A DNA stretch of 50,135 bases, from positions 1 through 50,135 of the forward strand of contig JBGVAK010000071.1 of assembly GCA_045224495.1 (NCBI GenBank), given 5' to 3'. Positions 17,671-25,360 of the stretch are shown here, in pieces; position 1 is the first letter of the stretch; the number at the start of each line of letters is the position of its first letter. Both the position numbers and the translations under genes were made by a program. The notes beneath the pieces are model-generated. The model was given only the letters and a program-made list of their open reading frames with translations, searched no databases and had not been told where the DNA came from. This DNA is from Christensenellales bacterium (GTDB lineage: Bacteria; Bacillota; Clostridia; Christensenellales; CAG-138).

Positions 17671-18627
17671 TTATTTCAGCCGCGTGCAACGCGAGCAGAT
17701 CAGCTTTTTCAGCGCGTCTTTCATATCTTGCGGCAAATAGGAATTGTCGCACAGCTTGAAATAGTCTTCCTCGGCGGCAAGCACCTTTTTGATGATCTTC
17801 TCCGCCGCTGCTCTGGCAATGCCGCATTGTTCCGCAAAATGCAGGAAGTCGTTGAGGCGAAGATGGGTTTTCTTTCCATTCATCGTCAACGCAAACTCCT
17901 CCTGATCCTCCGGCAAAAGGAGATTGACCGGAAGTAGGTCATATGCCGCTGAAAGCGCATAGGTCCCGCTGCCAGGCGCGGTCTCGATCAGCGAAAAGTT
18001 CTTCAGGTGCATGTCCGAATTGCCGGTGACGAATGAGATCACCAGCCGCATAAACAGCTCCGACAGGTCCAGACCCGTTCGCACGGAATATCGCGTAATG
18101 ATTTTAGCGCAGCGCTCGTAGGAGCCGCGATACTTGTCCTCTGTCAATCTGCCATCCAGCTGACAGAAATCCTCCATGGCATACTTCTGCACGCGAAGGC
18201 GTTGTTTTCCGGTGATCTTCCGATCGATTCGCTTGGTGATATAGGCAAACTGCCCGTTCATCTGCAGCAGGCCATGGGGGACGGTCTTGACGCCCGCCCG
18301 CTCCGCGATCCGCATGGCCAGGTCCTCCGCCTCCGGCATATTGCGGAATTCCGGCGTTTGCGGCTTCAGGATATACCCCGTGGGATAGTTCACCAGCGTG
18401 AGCCGCGGCGTATCCTGCTGATCCAAATGCAGCGACATCTTCCGCTGCACGCCCGGCACAGTGAGGCCCTTGAACACCGTCTCCGTCACATATGCCTGCA
18501 GCGCTTCTTCCCTCAGGTCCAGCTCGGGCAGCACATCCGTCCCAAAAAACTTTCGGATGCAGCGCGCATGCCAGCCCTGGTTGCTCTCCTCCGGTAGGAT
18601 CGGTTTTCCGCAGCACAGACACTTCAT
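17671..18627 (-). CDS. hipT: HipA-family Ser/Thr kinase toxin, C-terminal kinase part only (HipT-like)
   Basis: Trimmed to ATG 18627, an ATGA overlap with the upstream gene. P-loop-like VPGVQRKMSL, catalytic GNSDMHLKNFS, and an N-terminal Cys/His segment MKCLCCGKPI...WHARCIRKFFG. Confidence 0.85.
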   Translation of the reverse strand: MKCLCCGKPILPEESNQGWHARCIRKFFGTDVLPELDLREEALQAYVTETVFKGLTVPGVQRKMSLHLDQQDTPRLTLVNYPTGYILKPQTPEFRNMPEAEDLAMRIAERAGVKTVPHGLLQMNGQFAYITKRIDRKITGKQRLRVQKYAMEDFCQLDGRLTEDKYRGSYERCAKIITRYSVRTGLDLSELFMRLVISFVTGNSDMHLKNFSLIETAPGSGTYALSAAYDLLPVNLLLPEDQEEFALTMNGKKTHLRLNDFLHFAEQCGIARAAAEKIIKKVLAAEEDYFKLCDNSYLPQDMKDALKKLICSRCTRLK

Positions 18628-18953
18628 TGGGCATCCTCCTCGATCCGCACCGCACCGATGCAATCCCTGCAGGCGACCAGAAGCAGTCCAAAGCGATCCT
18701 TCTGATCTATCTTCCAGTTTTTGCTCACGATGTGCAGGAGCCATCCCTCCGGGATCAGCCCATCGAAGAAGGAGAACAGTGTCTTTGATTCAAAGGGAGC
18801 TTTTTGGAGGGGAAGCGTCAGGGAGACCGGCGCGGCGTCCGGCGACGCCAAGTAATTCGCATCGTAGGCAAACGCATAGCCATTGTCTGTTTCCATCAGG
18901 ATGCCGGCGAAGGTATCCCGCACATACACGGAGGCTTTTCGAAATGCACTCAT
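18624..18953 (-). CDS. hipS: HipA N-terminal-subdomain protein (HipS-like)
   Basis: 109 aa with the HipA N-terminal (couple_hipA) pattern: VYVRDTFAGILMETDNGYAFAYDANYL...FDGLIPEGW. Has 4-nt overlaps with both neighbours. Confidence 0.8.
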   Translation of the reverse strand: MSAFRKASVYVRDTFAGILMETDNGYAFAYDANYLASPDAAPVSLTLPLQKAPFESKTLFSFFDGLIPEGWLLHIVSKNWKIDQKDRFGLLLVACRDCIGAVRIEEDAQ

Positions 18954-19153
18954 TCGTCATCCGCCTTCCCCGGCACGGCCTTCATGCCGAACATGGCCAG
19001 CGCCTGATTGACCTTGTCCATGCGCACCGTTTCCTTGCCCTGTTCCAGATCTCGGACGAAGCGCAGCCCAAGCCCCGCCCGGATGGCAAACTCCTCCTGG
19101 GTGAGTCCCGCTGCTTTTCTATTCTCTTTGATAAATGTCCCGATATTTTTCAT
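18950..19153 (-). CDS. hipB: XRE-family HTH protein (HipB-like)
   Basis: 67 aa. IKENRKAAGLTQEEFAIRAGLGLRFVRDLEQGK is an HTH_3 motif. It is the first gene of the three-gene unit. Confidence 0.85.
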   Translation of the reverse strand: MKNIGTFIKENRKAAGLTQEEFAIRAGLGLRFVRDLEQGKETVRMDKVNQALAMFGMKAVPGKADDE

Positions 19154-19159
19154 AGGCCA

Positions 19160-19188
19160 ATTTTATACCTTATCGGGTACATTGTCAA
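19160..19188 (-). promoter_or_regulatory. Candidate hipB promoter giving a (near-)leaderless mRNA
   Basis: Minus strand has TTGACA (19183-19188), a 17-nt spacer, then TAAAAT (19160-19165). Only 6 nt separate the -10 from the ATG, and there is no Shine-Dalgarno sequence. Confidence 0.5.
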
Positions 19189-19263
19189 CCTGCTTTCTTT
19201 ATTTTATACCATATCGGGTATATTTTAAACGATGCTGTTTAGGATTATACCCGTTAAGGTATA
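19164..19263. promoter_or_regulatory. Three 18-nt palindromic operator-like sites, TATACC-N6-GGTATA, spaced 41 nt apart
   Basis: tataccttatcgggtaca (19164-19181), tataccatatcgggtata (19205-19222) and tatacccgttaaggtata (19246-19263). The first sits in the promoter spacer. Confidence 0.6.
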
Positions 19264-19319
19264 TTTTTCAAGGGTTATCAATTGTAAATAACGATTAGCT
19301 ATGTTTTCATCAAATTTGT

Positions 19320-19794
19320 CTATTCAATGGGAACCGATCTGAGATCAAATGCCCAAAGACAGAGGCGGGAAATCGGTTAGTGCCTTTGCCGGATATGTTG
19401 GTCCCAATCCTTCGCGATGCAAAGAAAAAAGGTTCTCTCTATGTATGTCCTTCGGCGGACGGGCAGAGAATGACGGAAACTGCCTGGAACACGTCCTGGA
19501 ATTCTTATCTCCATTTTCTGAACATCCAGGCAGGCGGCAGAGACGCCAGTCGAAGCAGGCCTAAACTCGTCGTGGTAGACAGATTCACCGCTCACCAACT
19601 GCGGCATACGTATGATGCTCTACGACGCTGGTGTGGATGTAAAGTCTGCTCAGGACATGCTGGGGCATGCCGATGCTTCCGTGACCATGGGCATATACAC
19701 CCATCTGTCAGCACAGAAAAAAGCGAAGGCCGTGGCTGCATTGAATCAACATATTACGGAAAACGTAACTCCGATCGTAATGAACGCACAGTAA
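19320..19794 (+). pseudogene. Tyrosine recombinase/integrase, 3' fragment with a frameshift
   Basis: One frame gives ...EIKCPKTEAGNRLVPLPDMLVPIL...FTAHQLRHTY. The motif then continues in another frame from 19612: MLYDAGVDVKSAQDMLGHADASVTMGIYTHL. The frameshift is near 19610, and the N-terminal roughly 200 aa are absent. Confidence 0.8.
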
Positions 19795-19814
19795 GGTATG
19801 GGCCAATTATCCCT

Positions 19815-19844
19815 GGGCACCCAAGAAACCTCTCTTGGGTGCCC
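19815..19844 (+). repeat. Perfect 12-bp inverted repeat after the integrase remnant
   Basis: GGGCACCCAAGA (19815-19826), a 6-nt loop, then TCTTGGGTGCCC (19833-19844). No U tract follows. Confidence 0.5.
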
Positions 19845-20037
19845 ACACCCGGAGTCGCCAGGGCTAGGGCAATAAGACCGAGGATCACGGCGCGGACCTT
19901 CTGCCGCTGGAACGGGGGTAAAAGGGATCGGAACAAGCAAAGCGAATGGGCGGACGAAAACGCAAATGCGCTTCTCGGAAAGAATTTGTGTTCCCGTATA
20001 ATGGAAGCAGAAACAATGAGGAAAGTGGGGAGAAACT

Positions 20038-21282
20038 ATGACCATACCGGAACGGATCGACGCGGCGAATCAGAAGGTGCTGGATATCTTCACCAAGGCT
20101 AAGCCCATTTGGAAGGATGTGTTGCCTGCGGGACGGGTGGTGCCGGGCTTGACGAAGAACATGGTGCTGATCCCCGGCCCGCCCATCGCTTTGGATAAAC
20201 TGCCCATCCCCTTGAAGACGGCGGCCTGCGGCGCGGCGGTCCATGAGGGATTGGCCAAGGATATAGACGAAGCCTGGCAGATGGCGCTCAGGGGGGAGAT
20301 CGTCATCGAGCCCGCCCAGAACCACAACTGCTCCAACGCCGCCTCCATGGCCACCTCCTACAGCATGCCCGTGTTCGTGGTGGAGGACGCCACCTACGGC
20401 GGCACCGGCTTTTGCACCATCCATCCCGGTCCGTCCCCCCGCGTGCTGCGTTGGGGCCTCTACGGGCCGGACGTGGAGGAAAACCTGCGGTGGCTTCGGG
20501 ACGACTTCGGCCCCATCCTGGGCGAAGCGGTCCGCGCTTCCGGGGGCATCGATCTTGTCGCCATCCTGGCCAAGACCGCCGGTATGGGCGACGAAAATCA
20601 CAACCGGCAGCCTGCCTCCTCCATGGCACTGGCCCTGCAGCTCATTCCCTGGATGCTGGAGGTGGACCATCCTCGCATCAAGGAGAACATCGCGGCCCTG
20701 GCGAAGAACGACCGCTTCTTCCTCCAGCCCCTGATGGCGGGCGTGGAAGGCATCATGGCCACGGCCAAGCAGGTGCCCCTTTCCACCGTCATGGTGGGCA
20801 TGGGCGGCAACGGCGTGGAGTTCGGCATCCAGATCGCCGCCACCGGCAACGCTTGGTACACAGCGCCCGCGCCGCTGATTCTGGGCACGTTTTTGAACCC
20901 CACCTACACGGTGAAGGACATGCTGGGCTACATGGGCGACAGCTGCGTCACAGAGGTCTACGGTCTGGGCGGCATGAGCGCCATCGCCGGGCCGTCCTAC
21001 CTGCGCATGACCGGCTCCACCTTCGCCGAGGCCAAGGAACGTACGGAGAAAGCCCGCCGGGTCTCCCTGGGCGAGCACAGCTTCGACCCGGTCCCCTGGG
21101 ACGGGTATCGGGGCTCCCCGGTGTGCGTGGACGCCCGCAAGGTGGTAGGTCTCAACGTGCTGCCCATCAGCCACGGCGGCTCAGGGTTGAAGACAGGCGG
21201 CCAGGCAGGGGCCGGGGCGGCGGAACTGCCCTTCGAGTGCTTCAAAAAGGCGCTGATCGCCGTGAGCAAACTGGTGAAATAA
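20038..21282 (+). CDS. DUF1116 (YlbE-like) protein
   Basis: 414 aa. Blocks MGDENHNR, MGDSCVTEVYGLGGMS and GAGAAELPFECFKKAL line up with E. coli YlbE as I recall it. Confidence 0.8.
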   Translation: MTIPERIDAANQKVLDIFTKAKPIWKDVLPAGRVVPGLTKNMVLIPGPPIALDKLPIPLKTAACGAAVHEGLAKDIDEAWQMALRGEIVIEPAQNHNCSNAASMATSYSMPVFVVEDATYGGTGFCTIHPGPSPRVLRWGLYGPDVEENLRWLRDDFGPILGEAVRASGGIDLVAILAKTAGMGDENHNRQPASSMALALQLIPWMLEVDHPRIKENIAALAKNDRFFLQPLMAGVEGIMATAKQVPLSTVMVGMGGNGVEFGIQIAATGNAWYTAPAPLILGTFLNPTYTVKDMLGYMGDSCVTEVYGLGGMSAIAGPSYLRMTGSTFAEAKERTEKARRVSLGEHSFDPVPWDGYRGSPVCVDARKVVGLNVLPISHGGSGLKTGGQAGAGAAELPFECFKKALIAVSKLVK

Positions 21283-21294
21283 AAGGAGACAGCC

Positions 21295-22833
21295 ATGTAC
21301 TGGATCATTGAAAAAGGACACTATATCGATTCTTTGGAATCCCTGTTCGCCACCACCGTTTTGAACGAGCAACCCGGCATTCAGCGGGCCCTGGTGGGCA
21401 TGGCCACGGGGCCGGCGAAACTGATATTGAAGGACGTGGGCCTGGTGAACGAGGAACTGCTCTCCTGCAGCGACGCCGATTACGTGATCGTGGCCGAGGC
21501 GGATTCCCAGGAGGCCTTCGAAGCCGCTGTGGAGGAGATGCGCCGGGTCATGAAGCAGAACAACGCCGTGGAGGCGGAGGAAAGCTATGCCACCGTGGCG
21601 GAGGCCGTGGCGGCCCACCCCAAGGCCAATCTGTGCTCCATCGCCGTCCCCGGGGAATATGCCCTGGAGGAGGTCAAAAAGGCCCTGAACGCCGGGCTCC
21701 ACTGCTGCGTGTTCAGCAACAACGTGCCTTTGGAAGACGAGCGGCAGATGAAAGAGCTGGCCCGGGAGAAGGGGCTTCTTTGCATGGGGCCGGACTGCGG
21801 TGTGGCCAACATCAACGGCGCCGCCCTGGTCCTCTCCAGCATTAACGCCCGGGGACCCTTCGGCATCGTAGGCGCTTCAGGCACGGGCATCCAGCACGTG
21901 GCCGCCATTCTGCACGAGGCGGGCAGCGGCGTCAGCCAGACCATCGGCACCGGCGGCAACGATTTGAAGGAGCCGGTGGGCGGGCTCATGATGCTCTGCG
22001 GCATCGACGCCCTGGAGGCGGACCCTGAAACCAAATACATCATCCTCATCTCCCGCAAGCCGGCGGAATCCGTGCTACAAAAGGTTCTGGATCGGATCAG
22101 CCGGTGCAAAAAGCCCCGGGTGGTCCTGTTCATGGGCTGCGAGCGGGCGCGGATCGAAGCCACCGGCGCCATCTGGGCGGAAAATCTGGACGACTGCGGC
22201 CAGAAGGCCCTGGAGCTCATCGGGAAGTCCGCCGAGTTTGAGACGGAGGCGCAGCTGGACGCCATGGCCGCCGAGGCCGTCAAGGGCATGGCCCCCGAAC
22301 AGAAGTACGTCCGGGGCGCTTTCTCCGGCGGCACCTATATGGACGAGGCGGTCCACGCCATGGAAGCCGTCATCGGCCCCATCTACGCCAACAATCCCAA
22401 CGCCTCCCCCCTGCAGCTCCCCGATCTGAACAAGAGCATCGAAAACACCTGCATCGACTACGGCGAGGAGGAGTTCACCCAGGGGCGTCCCCACCCGGCC
22501 ATCGACGCCGGGGTACGCAAGCCCGCCATTCTCAGGGAGGCCGCCGACCCGGAGGTGGCGGTCATCCTGCTGGACTTCATCCTCACCCCGCCGGGCCACC
22601 CCGACCCCGCAGGCTATGTGCTGGACGACGTTCGTCGGGCCCAGAAGCTGGCCCGGCAGCGGGGCGGCCGAATCGCCTTCGTGGCCTCCGTGCTGGGGAC
22701 CACGGCGGATTTCCAGAACATCGACGACCAGCGCCGCAAGCTCATGGAGACCGGCGTGCTGGTGTGCTCCACCAACTATAAAGCCGCCCAACTGGCGGCC
22801 AAGATCATTCGCTTGAAGAAGGAGATCGGATAA
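21295..22833 (+). CDS. fdrA: FdrA-like protein (succinyl-CoA-synthetase-alpha-like CoA-binding and ligase folds)
   Basis: 512 aa with AVPGEYALEEVKKALNAGLHCCVFSNNV, CMGPDCG and FGIVGASGTGIQ motifs. Confidence 0.8.
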   Translation: MYWIIEKGHYIDSLESLFATTVLNEQPGIQRALVGMATGPAKLILKDVGLVNEELLSCSDADYVIVAEADSQEAFEAAVEEMRRVMKQNNAVEAEESYATVAEAVAAHPKANLCSIAVPGEYALEEVKKALNAGLHCCVFSNNVPLEDERQMKELAREKGLLCMGPDCGVANINGAALVLSSINARGPFGIVGASGTGIQHVAAILHEAGSGVSQTIGTGGNDLKEPVGGLMMLCGIDALEADPETKYIILISRKPAESVLQKVLDRISRCKKPRVVLFMGCERARIEATGAIWAENLDDCGQKALELIGKSAEFETEAQLDAMAAEAVKGMAPEQKYVRGAFSGGTYMDEAVHAMEAVIGPIYANNPNASPLQLPDLNKSIENTCIDYGEEEFTQGRPHPAIDAGVRKPAILREAADPEVAVILLDFILTPPGHPDPAGYVLDDVRRAQKLARQRGGRIAFVASVLGTTADFQNIDDQRRKLMETGVLVCSTNYKAAQLAAKIIRLKKEIG

Positions 22834-23013
22834 ATGGATTGCAGCAAGATTTTGGAACTCTTTCAGTCGGAGCTGGTGGTGGTGAACGTGGGGCCCAAAT
22901 CCTTTGCCAACGCCCTCATTCGCCAGGGCTACCAGGCCGTGCAGGTGGATTGGACGCCGGTGGCCGGGGGCGACAAGGAGGCCCAGGCCCTCATCGAGCT
23001 GCTGGGGATGTGA
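22834..23013 (+). CDS. Small conserved-looking ORF (59 aa)
   Basis: Below the ORF-track length cutoff. Manual translation: MDCSKILELFQSELVVVNVGPKSFANALIRQGYQAVQVDWTPVAGGDKEAQALIELLGM. TAAATG junction with fdrA, 4 nt before the kinase gene, and GC3-rich. Confidence 0.55.
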   Translation: MDCSKILELFQSELVVVNVGPKSFANALIRQGYQAVQVDWTPVAGGDKEAQALIELLGM

Positions 23014-23017
23014 AGCG

Positions 23018-24202
23018 ATGATCGTATTGGCCTGCAACGTGGGAAGCACCTCCCTGAAATTCAAGGTGTACGACATGCCCCGGGGCAAGGTTTTGGCCCG
23101 GGGTGCCGTGGAGCGGGTAGGCTCCCGGGACGACGCCCTGTTCCGCTACAGCAACGAGGATACAGGGGCTGGGACGGACCTCGATCATCAGGATATCCCC
23201 ACCTATGAGGTGGGCATCCGCAAGTTCCTCGCCTGCCTGACGGACGAGGGGATGGGAGCGCTCGGCTCTGTCACCGAAATAGAGCGGGTGGGCTTCAAGA
23301 CCACCCTGTCCAAGGGCTACTTCGGCGTCCACGAGCTGACGCCTGAGGTGATGCAGGGCATGGAGGACTGGATCAGTCTGGCGCCGCTCCATAACCGGGC
23401 ATATCTGGATGCGGTCCGGGTCATGCAGAGCATACTGGCCGACGCCCGGTTCATCGGCGTGTTCGAGACCGCATTTCACCGGGATATCCCCCTGGAACGG
23501 AAGATCTTCGGCGTGCCCTACGAATGGTATGAACGATACGGTGTCCAGCGGCTGGGCTACCACGGGGCTTCCCACGGCTATATCGCGGACGTGCTCAACG
23601 GCAAGGGGAAGGAGTACGCCGCCATCTCCTGCCATCTAGGGGGCAGCTGTTCCATCTGCGCCATCGAAAACGGCAGGAGCGTGGACACCAGCTTCGGCAT
23701 GAGCCTGGAATCGGGGCTCATCCACGCCAACCGGGTGGGCGACATCGACACGGAGATCAGCTATTTCCTGCGGGATCAGGGCTTGTCCGACCAGGAGATC
23801 TTGGCGGGCCTGCAGAAGAAGGGCGGCCTTTTAGGCATCTCCGGCGTCAGCAACGACCTTCGGTACGTGCTGGAGGCCGCCGAAGCCGGAAACGAGCGGG
23901 CTCAGCTGGCGGTGAACGTGTTCGTCACCGGCATCCTCCACTATATCGGCGCGTTCTATATCGACCTGGGCCGTCTGGACTACCTGGTGTTCACCGCGGG
24001 CATCGGGGAACATTCCGCCCTCATCCGCCGCCGCATCTGCGAAAAGCTGAAGGCCATCGGCGTCATTCTGGACGGGGAAAAGAACCTGAATCCCCCGGCA
24101 GACGGCTGCATCAGCGCCGCCGATTCTAAAGTGAAGGTGCTGGTCATCCCCACGAACGAGGAGCTGGGGATCGCCCGCCGGACTTACGAATACGAAAACT
24201 GA
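23018..24202 (+). CDS. Acetate/propionate/butyrate kinase family protein
   Basis: Trimmed to ATG 23018. Motifs MIVLACNVGSTSLKFKVY, GYHGASH and TAGIGEHS, with a C-terminal PTNEEL. Confidence 0.88.
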   Translation: MIVLACNVGSTSLKFKVYDMPRGKVLARGAVERVGSRDDALFRYSNEDTGAGTDLDHQDIPTYEVGIRKFLACLTDEGMGALGSVTEIERVGFKTTLSKGYFGVHELTPEVMQGMEDWISLAPLHNRAYLDAVRVMQSILADARFIGVFETAFHRDIPLERKIFGVPYEWYERYGVQRLGYHGASHGYIADVLNGKGKEYAAISCHLGGSCSICAIENGRSVDTSFGMSLESGLIHANRVGDIDTEISYFLRDQGLSDQEILAGLQKKGGLLGISGVSNDLRYVLEAAEAGNERAQLAVNVFVTGILHYIGAFYIDLGRLDYLVFTAGIGEHSALIRRRICEKLKAIGVILDGEKNLNPPADGCISAADSKVKVLVIPTNEELGIARRTYEYEN

Positions 24203-24218
24203 TGGAAAAGTAAAGACA

Positions 24219-24266
24219 AAAAAGCGCTCGCCGGTGAAAGCCGACGGGCGCTTTGCTTTTTGTTTT
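24219..24266. terminator. Bidirectional terminator
   Basis: AAAGCGCTCGCCGG-tgaaag-CCGACGGGCGCTTT is flanked by an A run on one side and a T run on the other. Confidence 0.65.
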
Positions 24267-24968
24267 TTACCCGATGAGACGCAGCACCAAGGGGAAGACG
24301 ATGGCCGTGACGAGGCCCGCCACGGTCAAGGAAAGGCTGGACGTCGCTCCGGCTAAGGGGTCCTCCGCCAATGCCCGGGAGGTGCCGATCACATGGGCCG
24401 CCGTACCGTAGGCCGCGCCTCTGGCTAAGGGGTCGGACAGGCGGAACAGGCGACACAGGACCGGTCCCAGCAGATATCCCACGTTTCCCGTGAGGATGAT
24501 GGCCGCCGTGGTCACGGAAGCGCTGCCTCCGTTCTCCTCGCTGAGGACGCTGCCGATGGCTGTGGTCACGCTTTTGGGGAGCAGGGATACGGACAGGGCC
24601 CCGTTCAGCTGAAAGAGGCGGCACAAAAGGACCGTCACCAGGAGGCTGGAAACGGTGCCCGCCAGGATGCCGGCAAGGAGGATCGGCAGCTCTTTCTTCA
24701 GCTTCTGCAGCTGCTCATAGAGGGACAGGCCCAGGCAGATGGTGGCCGGGGTCAGCAGATAGGCGAGGAACCGGTTTTCCCGGGTATACGCGGCGACGGG
24801 CATACGGATAAGCTTCAGCACCAGGAACACAGCCGCTGCCGCCAGGATGATGGGGCTCAAAAAGCCCCAGCCCGTCTTCTTCTGAACATAGACGGCCAGT
24901 AGATAGCATCCCACCGTCAGCATCACAGGAAGGTAGGTCAAAGAGGAAAAGAAATCGGTCAGGTTCAT
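24267..24968 (-). CDS. lrgB: LrgB/CidB family membrane protein
   Basis: 233 aa and polytopic. LLPKSVTTAIG and RGAAYGTAAHVIGTS are LrgB-type blocks. Confidence 0.88.
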   Translation of the reverse strand: MNLTDFFSSLTYLPVMLTVGCYLLAVYVQKKTGWGFLSPIILAAAAVFLVLKLIRMPVAAYTRENRFLAYLLTPATICLGLSLYEQLQKLKKELPILLAGILAGTVSSLLVTVLLCRLFQLNGALSVSLLPKSVTTAIGSVLSEENGGSASVTTAAIILTGNVGYLLGPVLCRLFRLSDPLARGAAYGTAAHVIGTSRALAEDPLAGATSSLSLTVAGLVTAIVFPLVLRLIG

Positions 24969-25315
24969 CTTTGCCTCCGCTTCAGAAGCCCCTGGACCAC
25001 CGCGCCGGACACGCCGAAGGTGATAAGAAGCCCCAGGGCGATGATGACGAGGATGGGCACAAGGTCGCCCTTGATAAGGTCGAAGCTGTCCGCCAGGCCC
25101 ACCAGAGGCCCCACGAAGAACAGCGGCAGCAGCCCCACCAAAAAGCCGGAGGTCTCCCGGATCTGTTCGGGTTTGACGAGCTTGGAAAAAAGCGCCAGGA
25201 ACAGCAGGATGAGGCCGTAGACCGCCGCCGGTATAGGCAGGGGCACGAGGGCGTGGAGCGATTCGCCCAGGAGGGTGAAGGCCAGGATGACGGCAAATTG
25301 TTTCAGGTATCTCAT
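24965..25315 (-). CDS. lrgA: CidA/LrgA holin-like protein
   Basis: 116 aa with 4 TM segments. Has a 4-nt overlap with lrgB. Confidence 0.85.
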   Translation of the reverse strand: MRYLKQFAVILAFTLLGESLHALVPLPIPAAVYGLILLFLALFSKLVKPEQIRETSGFLVGLLPLFFVGPLVGLADSFDLIKGDLVPILVIIALGLLITFGVSGAVVQGLLKRRQR

Positions 25316-25321
25316 AATGCG

Positions 25322-25348
25322 AAAAAAGGCGGGGTCTGAGGCCCCGCC
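25322..25348 (-). terminator. Intrinsic terminator of the upstream minus-strand operon
   Basis: Minus strand has GGCGGGGCC-tcaga-CCCCGCC followed by TTTTTTCG. Confidence 0.65.
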
Positions 25349-25360
25349 GTTGGTCCGTGG

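Larger units (their letters stand above)
15932..19852. mobile_element. Decayed integrative islet (tRNA-att remnant, tnpV, cargo, truncated integrase)
   Basis: The tRNA 3' fragment lies at one end and an integrase 3' fragment at the other. TnpV is inside, and composition is mosaic. The right boundary is uncertain. Confidence 0.5.

Noticed and set aside
19885-21174. 429-aa minus-strand ORF, and the 240-aa plus-strand ORF 19380-20102, spanning the integrase remnant and the DUF1116 leader.
   Set aside because: The translations are Arg/Gly/His-rich nonsense beyond the integrase motifs. The DUF1116 gene on the plus strand explains 20038-21282. Only the integrase-derived part (19320-19794) is meaningful.
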